A DNA stretch of 64,000 nucleotides from Hormiphora californensis. Taxonomy: Eukaryota; Animalia; Ctenophora. A model generated the notes under the pieces. That model searched no databases. It had not been told where the DNA came from and was given only the letters and a program-made list of their open reading frames with translations. A program made the position numbers and the translations under genes. Below, piece by piece: positions 25,645-61,638 of the stretch. How positions within the stretch are numbered: the stretch's first letter is position 1; every line of letters begins with the position of its first letter. The DNA is taken from assembly GCA_020137815.1 (NCBI GenBank), contig CM035362.1, positions 5,270,001 to 5,334,000 on the forward strand, read 5' to 3'.

Positions 25645-27035
25645 GGGTACGCTAACCAAAAATTTTTTTCGAGTGCAGGGAAATCTCTCACCGTAGGGTT
25701 GTAGGCCATGCCAAGGAGACCTCAAATATGCAATTTGAGCTCTCAAGTCGAATTCATATTTTTGCTACAGCTGCTTGAAAAATGAACTGAAAATAAGTTT
25801 TTGGCATCTCAAAAAATTTTTTTCAAAGATAGGAGCATGAAAATTTGGGGATTTGAAGAGGACATGAAGGTGAATAACCACAAAAATGTTTTTTGCAATC
25901 CGAGCTGATTTCCGGTTCTGAGATGGATTTCTTTTTTTCCACTTTAACGCCCTATTTGGCAAAGTTCCGAAAACATGTGAAAGCTGTAAATTGGTGAAAA
26001 GTTGCGTCTAACGATTATCTAAGTGGCCATAAATTTTGGGCGTGTCCTTATTTGAGATAAGCTGTACAGAATTTTTTTTGTGAAAGCCGTCATTTCAGAA
26101 ATAAATAAATTCCCTGTATCTCAAAAACGGCTGATCGTAGAGACCTGAGACTATGCTTAAACGATTCAGAAGGTCCGATTTTGGGGGGGTCTTCTGAGAG
26201 ACATTTTGCTCCTACTTCAACCGTTTTTGCTGTAATTGCGAAAAACAATAACCCATCTTCGCCATCGTGGATTTTTTGCGATTTTGTTTTTGATGATTAT
26301 AGGGACCCATATGGACCAAATAGTGAAGGAATTAGCTTGTTAAACATTTTTCCATAGTTTCGGTCCTTTCTTAGCTAAAATTCCCTAATTACAGGATATT
26401 GGAGTATAGCTTTTGCCCTTTTCATAGAATTTGTTTTTCGCAATTACAGCAAAAACGGTTGAAGTAGGAGCAAAATGTCTCTCAGAAGACCCCCCCCAAA
26501 ATCGGACCTTCTGAATCGTTTAAGCATAGTCTCAGGTCTCTACGATCAGCCGTTTTTGAGATACAGGGAATTTATTTATTTCTGAAATGACGGCTTTCAC
26601 AAAAAAAATTCTGTACAGCTTATCTCAAATAAGGACACGCCCAAAATTTATGGCCACTTAGATAATCGTTAGACGCAACTTTTCACCAATTTACAGCTTT
26701 CACATGTTTTCGGAACTTTGCCAAATAGGGCGTTAAAGTGGAAAAAAAGAAATCCATCTCAGAACCGGAAATCAGCTCGGATTGCAAAAAACATTTTTGT
26801 GGTTATTCACCTTCATGTCCTCTTCAAATCCCCAAATTTTCATGCTCCTATCTTTGAAAAAAATTTTTTGAGATGCCAAAAACTTATTTTCAGTTCATTT
26901 TTCAAGCAGCTGTAGCAAAAATATGAATTCGACTTGAGAGCTCAAATTGCATATTTGAGGTCTCCTTGGCATGGCCTACAACCCTACGGTGAGAGATTTC
27001 CCTGCACTCGAAAAAAATTTTTGGTTAGCGTACCC
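25645..27035. mobile_element. 1.39-kb foldback element with TTAA TSD
   Basis: ~600-bp near-perfect inverted arms, GGGTACGC...GCGTACCC, flanked by TTAA. Confidence 0.92.
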
Positions 27036-27511
27036 TTAAATACATGAAGATAATGATAAATAATACTGTCACAAATAAATTATTCACACTTTTGAATCGA
27101 AAAAATGAACGGATAGAATGTGCTTCTTAGCTACAAGTACATATAAGTTACTACAAATCGTAATGGCGTGCAACTACCTACAAGTACATACGGTAATCAA
27201 GTAAATTAATGGAATTCTATAACTGAAAGACCAGCTTAAATATTTAACTAAATGAATGAATCTCAAATTGGGATTTGTCGAAATGCTCGGGTGTAATTGT
27301 TGTAAATGATCAAATACATCGGAGGCAACATATAATATTTCTTGTTCATATCATACTAAAATAATCAGTCTGAATTCAAAGTCCTCAAAAGTCCAATCCA
27401 ACTATCCATTTCCGTATAACAGCTCTTAAATATCTTTAGGGGGTCGGACCGAAGATCGGTTGCCCCTCCCCTCGGGGTCGGTTTACCATGAAAGACATCC
27501 AGTATAGAGCT

Positions 27512-27613
27512 CAGGAACCGACCGACACAAGTAATCAACCAATCGGAACTCGTTATTTAGGTCACGTGACTGGTTATCAGCCAATCAGGGACCAGTATTT
27601 CGGTCGGTTCCTG
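27512..27613. mobile_element. hAT-type MITE inserted at the stop codon of the HQEL gene
   Basis: TSD ATAGAGCT. Further copies at 31174-31282 (TSD GAACTTAT), 43298-43406 (TSD TTCAATAC) and 58950-59057. Confidence 0.9.
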
Positions 27614-27619
27614 ATAGAG

Positions 27620-38563
<10,944 letters not shown>

Positions 38564-38991
38564 CTTTCAACTTGAAAACCCTCCTAATAACAGTAGGGTC
38601 TGAGAAAACAAGATACGAGCGTTTTTTGAAAAAAAAAACGAAATCTGGCCGGTTTTTAATTTTGTCGGGGAAATTTTTTTGAAGTCAAATGCAGAGCAAA
38701 GCGCGGCGCTGCGCGGCGCAGGAGAGTTTGATACGTTTACTAAGAGAGTTAGCGCGTTACGTTTAAATGGCAGCGTCAACGATATATAGGAGTGGCGCGC
38801 AGATGGAGCTGGAACTGGCCAGACTTGAATTTTTTAAAAGTTCATTTCGCTTTTCAAAAAACGAAAGTTCGCGGCCCTCGCTGCGACGAAATTTGCTTAT
38901 TTACAGCTCTTGTAGACACACTTTCTTTTACCAAAATGACTTTTTGTGATTGTTGTCTCTCCTCAACTTCCTTTTCCTTCAGATCCTCGAT

Positions 38992-41873
38992 ATGGCCACT
39001 AAGAGCGCTCCCAAGAAAGCTGCAGAAAAGAAGAAGGTCGTAGAGACGAAGGATGTTGAGATGAAGGAGGTTGCCCCTGTGAAATCCCAGGCTGAGCTTG
39101 ATGCTCTAACTATTGAGGACATCAAGGAACAAATCATCATTCTTGAGAAGAGTGTTGTAAGCAAGGAGCCTCGATTTGTGATGCGAGTCCTCCGACAATT
39201 AGCGTCTACACGACGAAGGCTAAATGACTCGGTCCTCCGACAGCTCATTAAGAATCACCAGTCAGACTCGTATGATTTCAAGCAGACCTTGTTAGGCTAT
39301 CTAGCTACAACTGAAAGTGAAGATAAACCACAGTACAAGAGTGTCATCTCTGATGTTTATATTCACATGCTGACTCTGGTGTATCTCTTGGATAGTAAGA
39401 GGATCAATGACGGTGTTCCTTGTGCCCAGGCTCTCATAAACAAGGTCATGTCGGTAAACAAGCCATCAATGCAGGCTCTCGGTGCACGATGCTTCTTCTA
39501 CTACTCCCGGGCCTTTGAGCTGGCAGGACGACTACACGAGATCAGGACCATTCTGCACGGTCGACTGAGGACAGCAACACTCCGCCACGACAGTGAGGGT
39601 CAGGCTCAACTCCTAAACCTTCTCCTCAGGAACTACATCCACTACAGTTTGTATGAGCAGGCTGAGAAGCTGATCAGCAAGACAACATTCCCGGAGACTG
39701 CTAACAACAATGACAGTGCCCGGTATCTCTTCTACCTGGGCAAGATCAAGGCCACCCAACTGGAGTACTCTGAGGCGTTCCAGAACCTCAATCAGGCCAT
39801 TCGAAAGGCCCCCCAGAGCACTGCCATCGGCTTCAAGCAAGCTGCCACTAAACTCCTTGTTGTGGTACAGCTGTTGCTCGGTGAAGTGCCCGACAGGCTG
39901 ATTTTCCGAGATCAGCACCTCAGGCTGGCACTCCAGCCTTACCTGCAGTTGACCCAGGCTGTCCTGGCTGGAGATTTGGGAAGTTTTGTTACCGTTCTGG
40001 AGAGGAACAGCGAACAGTTCACCAAAGAGGGCACAATGACGTTGATCAACCGACTCCGACATAATGTCATTAAAACAGGTATGCTACTAATTATTAATTC
40101 ATTAATTAAATAATAACAATATGCTATTACACATTATTTGTTTATCTAGATTTTTGTCTAATGTATGATTTTTAGGTGACTGATTGAAAGATTCATTGTT
40201 GCTCGATATTCTTAACTATCTTTGTCGTCTCCTTTGGTCGGATTTAGGACCTTTTTTAACCCATTAGGTATTACTGTCCCCTGGCCTTCTTATATTCTCT
40301 ATATCATTACTCGCCATCTTTCTCTATTTTCCGGCCATCATCTCTCCCTCCCATCCCCAGGGGTGGGGAGGGGCGAGAGGTTGGGGAGGAGTAATTGTCG
40401 ATGGCTCCATAGTTCCCATTCCTAAAAGGATAATATTGAATTTATCGGTCCTGGACGTGCAATCTTCCACAGACAGTGTTGGTGCATATTGCATATGTTG
40501 TTGGTGCATATTGCATATGTTTAAAAACAGGTTGGGTGTCACACAAAATTTAATTTTCAAATTCTTGGAAACAGTTGAAAAAGTAGGAGAGAAACTAGAT
40601 AAGAGAATTATCTTTTTTTCACCTTCTACTTTTCACGGGGCAAGTTCACGTTTCCCCCATCTCGTCTTGGTCGTTTGTTTATTTTTCGACGTTCACCACA
40701 GACGTTTCCAGTGATCTTTGAATACTCTGAAAGTGGCCGGCGAATTGAATAATTGAATAAGAGGAAGAGAGATGAAATAAAGTAGCATTATGTAGCATGT
40801 ATGTTTGGGCCTTTAAAATAACAAATTAAGCCGTCAAGTAGTTAAAAAGTCACGGCACTCTTTGTTATTCGGCTCATTTCACGTCTGCGTGTTGAGTTGC
40901 TCCCTTTCGGTCATCTTTGACACTGAAAATTATGGTGTTTTATAACGGTCTAAGAGGTGACGAACGTGATAGGCCATGAAAGTTACAAAGAAAATGTCGA
41001 CCTTGTGAATGATGTTAGTTTACTTTCCCTATTTGAATAACGAATTAATTGTAGTCATTCTTTATTATAATTATTAATTATTTATTATAATTATTTCTTA
41101 ATTAATTGTCTTCATTCTCACCATCTTTTCAGGTGTTTAATCTCCTTCTCTTTGCAGGTATTAAGAGTGTTGCCCTCAGTTACAGTAGGATCTCTCTTAC
41201 TGATGTTGCGGAGAAGCTCCAGCTGGACAGTCCTGAGGATGCTGAATACATCATTGCAAAGGTAAAATTATGCAGGGTGGCCACTAAATTATGAGTGAGG
41301 TGAGCTACGGCTCATGTCCTTATTCATAATTTACAGGCCACCCTGTATACAAAAAAAAGGTGTACAGGGTGTCATATCGTGTAGCCTTAGTTGTTGGAGT
41401 GGCATTAATGTGTATACTTTTCTTAGTTATGATTTTTTGCCGATGTTCTAATGGATTCTTGATTTCCGCGATTGGTTTTCCACGTGGATTGGATATTTGA
41501 GTTTAAGTTCCCCCCCCCCCCCCCAAGTTTCCACGTACATGTCCTCGATGGTTGCCTAGCTAGACTGTGTTTTGCGCCCCCCACGTAAAGGAGGGTTAGA
41601 ACGTTCAATAGTTGATCCGATCGTATTTTCAGTCCATCAGGGATGGTGTAATTGAGGCGAGTATAAACCACGAGAAGGGATACATGGAGACCCACGATAG
41701 TGTTGACATTTACCGGAGTGAGGAACCTCTGAAGGCGTATCACGCTAGGATCCGGTTCTGCTTGGACATCCACAACCACAGTATCAAGGCCATGAGGGTG
41801 AGTTCTGATGAGTTTATGGGGGGAGGGGAGACTAGAGGGAGGGAGGAGAAGAAAGAGATGAAAGATGAGATGA

Positions 41874-41946
<73 letters not shown>

Positions 41947-44652
41947 GAGCTACGGAGCGAGAGGGTTCGATAGGAGACTCTGTCGTGTAATATCTTTACA
42001 CGTTTATCTTGATTCTTCGTCTCTCTTCTCGCTATCTCTCTCTCGTCTCCTTCTCTCTCTCTCTCTCTCTCTTCTCTCTCTTCTTCTCCTCTCTCTCTCT
42101 CACGTGCATATATCACAAAGGAGCTAGGGTACCCCCGTGCCCCACCTAAATGTATTATGCAATATAACCGAGTAGTAAGGTCGACGACTGATATGCAATC
42201 AAGCCTCGATTTACTGGACCCTCGATTTACCGGACCTTGATTTACTGGACCCTCGATTTACCGGACCTTGATTTACCGGACCCTCGATTTACCGGACCTT
42301 GATTTACCGGACCTTGATTTACCGGACCCTCGATTTACCGGACCCTCGATTTACCGGCTGGACATATTTCCCTCAATTAGCAATTCATGTGAAATACAAC
42401 CTATTCATTTATGTAATGTACGGTTCATTTATTATTTCCCCCGAGCATCCCGGTAAATCGGGGTCCGACTCTGTGTGTAACAGTATCGCGTGAGAAAGTG
42501 GGGTATGTCGAATGCGGGCCACGCGGGGTAATATTCTATTTCTTCTATTCTGTTCACTTTTAGTAAGGAATATCGTGGCGCCCCTGAATATATGCGGTGT
42601 CAGCATTACACATTAGTTTCATGTTGCTCCACGTTTTGTTCCGGTGTCGTTTTGGAGTATAATAATCCTGTCAAGATTTTTAAGACTCTTTTCTTCGCAT
42701 CCATAGTTTTTAGCGGCTAGCATTGTTGTTTTGTTTTCTCTCCCCTATAAAATGCCCTTGGTTTAAACCAAGTTAAACCGGTTTATTGAACAAGGATCTA
42801 CAACCTGGAGTTTTACTTCTTGATACGCCCCCCCCCCCCACCGCCTAGGAAGTATAATAGTGTCTGCTGTTCAGATTTTGGTAAAGGCGGACGGGGTGGA
42901 AACTGTGTAGGTGGGGGGGGGGGGGGTCACGTCCGGGGCGTGGGAGGTCATTCATATCTCTTCTCGGAACCCCGCCTTAATTGATACTTGGTTCAGTTTC
43001 TTCAATGAATTGAATTTGATTTAACGGTCATGACTCGTGAGAGAAGTGATAGCTTTGACTAAATTCAAGTCCCTAGTTTTGGCCCTTCTCAGACTGCTGA
43101 TTTCATTCGGCCGATAGTTTGCAGTAACTTTGTTTTCTAAGAAAAAGAGAAGGCCCTTGTCCAGTTTCAGCTGATCTATCAGACCCTCTAGCTCAGAGTG
43201 TGCTCGCCCATTTTATGAAATAACATTGCGGTGTAAGCCACACGATTTTTTAGATGTAATTACTTTACTTGTGGCTTTGTTTGTTCTACTTCAATACCAG
43301 GAACCGACCGAATCAGGAAATACTGGTCCCTGATTGGCTGATAACCAGTCACGTGACCTAAATAACGAGTTCTGACTAGTTGTTTACTTGTTTCGGTCGG
43401 TTCCTGTTCAATACAAGTGGCAAAATTATGATTGGATTCTTGGAAGTCTTTAGAGTCTTTAGGGAGTTACCTCATATAACAGTAGTACGGCAAATAATAT
43501 CTTTGTGTCAGAATTCTCAGAATTCTCAGTTGGGCCATAATAGCAGTTAATTGTAAATCACCACGACATATTAATGGTCCTCCAACCCGGTACGCTAAGA
43601 AGAAGTCATTAAATCTAGGACGAACCAGGCGGCAGCTTTCTCAACGTCTTGACTCAGTATCACCGTAAAATTGATTTTATATTCCCCGTTATAGTAGGGA
43701 CGAATCTTAATTTTTTGACTCACTATTTGGTGGAAAGCAAATTCCGGTTGTAACCCACCTATTTTGACCCGCTGAACACGATCCCGTTCATAGGCAAGCT
43801 CGCAAAAGTGGAGAAAATGCCCAAATCGGCCACGCCCTTTTACCTGTATTTTCAGCCTGTAGCCAAAAACATAAATCCTCTTAGAATAGGAGTAGAGACA
43901 AATCTGAGGGCACTAAAGTGATCAGCGCCCTCGCATTAGTGGGGGTAGGTGCTGGAATTAAGTCTCTATCTCATCTGGTTAATTGGATAATTGGATAATT
44001 AGGTTTGCACTAACCTTTTTTTGGCATTGGTATAGCCATTGGAATGGTTAGGATTTTTCATGGCGCCATTTGTGGGCAATAGCCATTTAGGGGGGGTCGA
44101 CGTGATTTTTTAAGCTCTATCCCCAAACCCCTTTAGCCGTTATTGGGCCTAAACGACCCAAAAAAAGGGGAAAAAAAAAAAAAAAAAAAAGCCCAATTTT
44201 GAGATCGTTTAGGCCCAATACGGCAAACGGTTGGAGATAGAGTTAAAAAGCCCACGTCGACCCCCCATAACTTGGCCTTGCCCACAAAAAGGCGCCAGTG
44301 AAAAAATTTTAAACCATTCTAAGTGGCTTTTGCCAATAGCCAAAAAAAAAGTTAGCACAAACCCAATTTCCAATTTTCTAATTAACCAGATGAGATAGGA
44401 TTAAATTTTACACCTACCCCCCCTAATGCGAGGGGGCCCGATCACTTAGTGCCCCAATTTTTTCTATCCCATTCTAAGAGGGTTTATGTTTTGGCTACAG
44501 GCTGAAAATACAGGTAAAAGGGGGGGGCCCATTTGGGATTTTCCCACTTTTCGAGCGCCTTTTTTTAAAGGGTCGGCAAAGGGAAAATAGGGGGGTTAAC
44601 CGGAATTTTTTCCCCAAAAGTAGCACCCTTTTTTAAAGGGTTTTTCCCTAAA

Positions 44653-44745
<93 letters not shown>

Positions 44746-44840
44746 ACCCCCAAAAAAAAAAAAAAAAAAAAAAAAAAAATAAAAAAAAAAAAAAAAAAAC
44801 AAAAAAAAAAAAAAAAAAAAAAAACCCCAAAAAAAAAAAA

Positions 44841-44897
<57 letters not shown>

Positions 44898-45454
44898 AAA
44901 AAAAAAACCCCAAAAAAACCCCCCAAAAAAAAAAAAACCCAAAAAAAAAAAAAAAAACCAAAAAAAAAAAAACCCCCAAAAAAAAAAAACCACACCCCCC
45001 CCCCCCAACCCCCCCCCCCCCCAAACCCCCCCCCCCCCCCCCCCAAACCCCCCCCCCCCCCCCCCGGGTTTTTTTAAAAAAAAAATTTTTTGCAAAACTT
45101 CCAAATTAAAAAAGATTCCCGGAAGTAACTTAAAAAACAAATTCAAAAATGCCCCAAAAATAAGCAACACATCCCTCCCCCTTTTTTATCTTCATTTAAA
45201 TCCCAAAACTCAAAACTATTCCCACTATTGCATATATTTCTACAAGCACTGGTAACCACAGAAATTATTGAAGTCCCAAACTTGTGTCTTGTCCCTTTAG
45301 CACACTAGAAACTCACCCCTCTCCCCTTCGCAGATTCCCACCCAAGTCCTACAATGATAGCCTTGAGGACGCTCAGAAGCAGAGGGAACGCGAACAACAG
45401 GACTTGGAATACGCCAAAGAAATCGCGGAGGAGGAAGATGATGGACTGCTCTAA
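38992..45454 (+). CDS. PSMD3: 26S proteasome non-ATPase regulatory subunit 3 (Rpn3)
   Basis: Exons 38992-40078, 41158-41261, 41633-~41796 and 45334-45454. [57 protein letters not shown]...[19 protein letters not shown]. There is a one-base phase discrepancy at the last intron. Confidence 0.96.
42205..42470. mobile_element. Degenerate MITE of the CAGTCGGACCCCGATTT family, with internal tandem repeats
   Basis: (CCCTCGATTTACCGGA)n followed by AAATCGGGGTCCGACT. Relatives at 45544-45700, 47174-47271, 58110-58178 and 60156-61028. Confidence 0.7.
43797..44556. repeat. ~360-bp inverted repeat with a degraded right arm
   Basis: 43797-44158 is mirrored by 44205-44556 around an A-rich centre. Confidence 0.75.
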
Positions 45455-46671
45455 ATGTGTTTGTGAGAGATGAGAGAGGAAATTGGGCCACAAAAATTTA
45501 GGAAATTATTGCGTTTCCATTAAATTTGATAAAAAAGTTGCTACAGTCGGACCCCGATTTAGTGGCACCTCGATTTAGTGGCAGGATTTTTTCCCCCGAA
45601 TATAAGAAAATTAACATTATTTGAACCCGATTTAGTGGACACCCCCGATTTAGTGGACAAAAACCCCTTTTCCCCCGAGGGGCCCCAAAACGGGGCCCCG
45701 ACGTTAAAATTTTGGGGTTTTATTTTGAAGAACAAAAAAAATCTATATATATAAGGGTTGGTTTCCTCAAAAAATTTAAAATAGCGGGCAGAAGCGGCAC
45801 CCGTTAGGAATATGTGGGTTTAAAAAAATTTGAAATGCCACTGACTGTCAAAAAACCCGGTTTAACAGGGACCTATCCTTTCCCAATTTTCAAAATATTT
45901 TTTTAAAAATAGGGGTGGGGGGGGTTAAATGGGGATTTTGGGGGGTTTAAAAAGGAGGCTAACAAGGGTGGTCCGGGGAAAAAAACCCCTATAAAATCCC
46001 CTAATATTATTTTTACTTTTTTTTGGAAAATGTATGTTTTTGGAAAAAAAAACCCATGGGTTTTTTGGGAAAATCACCCTTTTTTTTGGGGGTTTATAAA
46101 AGTTTTGTTTATAAAGGGGGAAAATTTTAAGGGTTTTTGGGAAAAAGAAAAAAGCGGTGTTTTAGAAAAGCTCCCGGGCCCAAGTCAATTTTCTAAACAA
46201 ATTTTTCGAAAACTTTGTTCATACTTTTCAACCTTAAAAGGCAAAAAATTAAAGCTTTTTTGAAGGAGGTGGTGGGGTCGCCAATGTGTAACAACACATG
46301 TTTTAAAACATTTTAAACTTTTAAACTAGTGTTACAAAAACTGTCTTTTGGTTTTTTCTCCTCCCCCCTTTTTTTCCCCAAACTCTTTACTCTCCCTTTT
46401 TTCTTCATTTCTCTGGGTCTCTTTTCTGTCCCCTTTTGGCTCCCCTTTTTTCTACCCCTTTTTCCCCCCCTTTACCCCTTTTTTTTTCCTTTGTGGGAAT
46501 TACTATACCCTTTTTTTTTTAAAGGGAAAGGGAAAAAAGGGGGCCCTTTCTATAAAATTTTCCCCCTTAAAAAAATTCCCCCCCTTTTCTTTTTTTTTCC
46601 CCTTTTTCTCTTTTCTTCTCTTTTCCTCTTCACTTTCTCTCTTCTTTTCCTTTTCTCTCTCACTCTCTTTT

Positions 46672-46710
<39 letters not shown>

Positions 46711-48062
46711 CTTAACCCTTTTTTTTTTCTATGCCAAAATATGTGCATAATCTCATGAAAATTTTTTTACCCAGGTAGAAGCAGGTTCCCCCCGGGTCGC
46801 CCCCCGTTAAAAGGGAGAAAGGGGGGAGGGAGGGGCGAGGTTTTGGGTTTTTTTTAAACCCCCCTTTTTTAAAAAACCCCCCCCCCTTTTAAAATTTTTA
46901 AAAAATTCTCCTAATACTATTCCCCTTATCCCCCTGAAAAACATAATTTTGACTCGATGTGGTATATAAATAAACCCCAAATGGTCATCCAATAAAAAAA
47001 TTACCTCCTTTTAAAAGGGTTAAAAAATTATCCCGATAGTCCCCCCCTCGCCCCCTCCTTGAATGGGTCCCCCAAAAATTTTTCCCAAATTCCCCTTTAT
47101 TTTCCCCCCCCTCGTCCCTTGAATAGTTTGAACTGTCCACTGTGCGAAGTGTGTGAGTAAATATTTTCCTATACAGTCGGACCCCGATTTATTGGCCCCC
47201 GATTTAGTGGCACCCCGATTTAGTGGCAGGATGTTTTTCCCCCGATGATGCCACTAAATCGGGGTCCAACTGTACTATGGTTTCGGGCAATAGTAATCAG
47301 TTTGTATATTTTGCCCCAGAACTTGTCGGTTCTGTGATGACTTTGTCCAGCTCTCAGGAAGCAATATATTGGAAAATTATACGTCCTATTTTTTGAAGAT
47401 TTTGAAAATCGGGGAACTGGGAGCTCTCTCACTCGGCCATTGAAAGTATGTTCCATGTCTCTTCCTCTCTGTAGCTGTGTGTTATTATACAGCCTATACA
47501 CGAGAGTCTGAACTAGACTAACCCTCTGTAAGAGCAAGGTGAGAGAGGGTCAAGCACGGCAAGCCTCACATATTTTTACGTTCCCATTATATTATTCATA
47601 CTGTGTTTGTTATGTTCTAAGTTCTAACCCTCCTTTACATGTTTGTGCGGAGCGCACGAAAAAGGGTCGAGCTAGACAACAGACAACAGTGCTGGATAGA
47701 TTAGAAGGGTCGATCTAGGCAACACGTTTGATACGGTCCATTGAACACGTTTGAAACGGTTCATTGAACTCGTTTGATACGGTTCATTGAATATTGCAGA
47801 CTATTGTAATTCTATTACTCCGATATGGAGCCAGCGGTTCCTTTCTATTGGACAATATTCAATTATTGCTATATATATTACATTCTCTCCCTCTCACCGT
47901 TCCTAGATCCCTATCGCTCTCCCCGTTTCTCTCCCTCTCTTTTTCCTCTCCCTCTCCTTTTCTAAAGCCAATCCCATATTTTTTCTGTTTATTCTATCCC
48001 CGCTCATGGGCCGTCTCTTCAGATTGTCACATACACGTCCTCTATTTCTCTCTCCCTCTCTC

Positions 48063-48219
<157 letters not shown>

Positions 48220-48353
48220 CTCTCTCTCCCTCTCCCTCCCTCCCCTCTCTCTCTCTCTCCATCCGAAATTCCGACACCCCTCTCCGTTTTACATAGCCCA
48301 GAGAGAGTTGATCATATATTCTGTATTATGTGGAATGAGAGACCAAGGTTGAT

Positions 48354-59707
<11,354 letters not shown>

Positions 59708-60155
59708 GTGAGACCAGCAGCTATTCTCTGCTGATTAAATGGCCCTTTCTCAGCTAAACAATTTCCTTTCGGCAGTTTTTCAAATACATTTTCTGCGTTT
59801 TTAATGTGTGCGTTTTTCTTCCTTCTGCAGTTTGCGAAGCCTAGCGATTTTAAACTTTGCTGTTTTGCCCCGACTCGAGGCTAAGCGAGTATCTCAGTTT
59901 CATGTATAAATTCAAGAAACTGAGATTATTTATCAGTGTGTTTTAAAGTGTAGCACCCGGGGTTTTGCTGGAATTCTACGCTGCACACCTATAATTCCTT
60001 ATTACCGGAAATTTTTTCCCACTTTCATTGACTAAAGGTTTCGTTATTTTCCGGTAATAAGGTAGCCTCGCTTTCTGCTTAATAACCGTTTTCGCCAAAG
60101 CAACCTTCCTTTAACAAACATTCAATACCCCTTTCTTTTTTTCTGTTTTGAGATA

Positions 60156-61028
60156 CAGTCGGACCCCGATTTAACGGCCCCCGATTTAGCGGCACCCCGA
60201 TTTAACGGCAGGATAAATTTCCCCCAACAATTTTTTGAAAATTTTTTTGAAAATTTTTTGAAAATTTTTTGAAAATTTTCCAAAGGTGTTTCAACCACGT
60301 CCGAATCGTGTTTCGAATCGGTGCATCTTATTGCAGGTCTTACCCGTAATTAGACGGTTCGAAACGAACAGATATGTGATCCCCATGAGGCCAATGGAGT
60401 CGCAATTTTGACGCTTGTTAAACTGGCCCCATGGGGATCACGTATCGGTTCGTTTCGAACCGTCTAATTAGCGACAGGACGTGCGATAAGATGCACTGAT
60501 TCGAAACAGGATTCGGACGTGGTTGATATATCTTTGAAAAATTTTCATAACTTTTTTTTGGAAAATTTTACGGAATGATTGTCAATGCTTTGATCGGTGC
60601 TCCCCATGAATTTTCAGAGAAAAAGATATTTTGAAATTCGAATTCTTCCTCACCCCGCTTAAAGTGCCCCGATTCGGCATGGTATCACGTATCGGTTCGT
60701 TTCGAACCGTCTAATTAGCAGCAAGACATGCGATAAGATGCACTGATTCGATATACGATTCGGACGTAGTTGATATACCAGTACACGTACCTTAGAAAAT
60801 TTTTATAACATTTTTTAAAATTTTTAAAATTATTTCATTTTTCTAACCAGAAATGATCATGTAATCAATACATGGACATAGCATTTACTTAGAGGTGTTT
60901 TAGTATAGTATTTTGGACAAAAATAGGGTTTTATGGGCCAAATATGCTCTACCCCGATTTAACGGACACCCCGATTTAACGGACAAAACCCTTTCCCCCG
61001 AGGGTGCCGTTAAATCGGGGTCCGACTG
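60156..61028. mobile_element. Tc1/mariner-type non-autonomous element with TA TSD
   Basis: CAGTCGGACCCCGATTTAACGG TIRs; the empty site GAGATACTATGTG is seen in reverse at ~63278-63290. Confidence 0.9.
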
Positions 61029-61638
61029 TACTATGTGAGGATTTATTAAATCATACTAAACTAAATATCCATACACAGGGACACAGAGGGAATACACTAC
61101 AAAGGATCTAACTCTCATTCTTGTTCTGGCAAGAGGCCAAACAACGGTCACATCTCCACGTTCAACCAGTATTCCAGTCTTAACAGCACACCTTACCTTG
61201 AAGGGTTCTTTGACTTTGCTCGGCCCACCGGAAATGATTCTGTGGTAGGTAGAGAGAGAGATAAGATGTGTTTTTATAGAAATCAGGGATAGAGAGACCT
61301 GGTACCTTCACTAAAGTGTTCCTTGGATCAAAAGAAACAAGTTGGTGAAGGTCACATGCTTCTTGTGTTTGAAGCTTGCACGTGCATGCGCCTTCCTAGT
61401 TATGAATGAATTTCAAACACAACATTGAGACGTCATCTTTTGACCAAAATTTTAATTGGACACCAAGGAACCTAACAAACTATTGGTTTAGACATTATTC
61501 CAACTTTTGTTTTCGTTCACCTCTCACTTTAAGACTGGAATACTGGTTGAACGTGGAGATGTGACCGTTGTTTGGCCTCTTGCCAGAACAAGAATGAGAG
61601 TTAGATCCTTTGTAGTGTTTTCCCTCAGTGTCCCTGTA

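Noticed and set aside
25765-26915. Identical ORFs on opposite strands (also ~30 and ~62 kb)
   Set aside because: By-products of inverted-repeat arms; no protein features.
44560-47100. Poly-A/poly-C tract and poly-Phe ORFs
   Set aside because: Follows a palindrome whose right arm degrades progressively; a typical long-read artefact and not coding (apart from the PSMD3 last exon).
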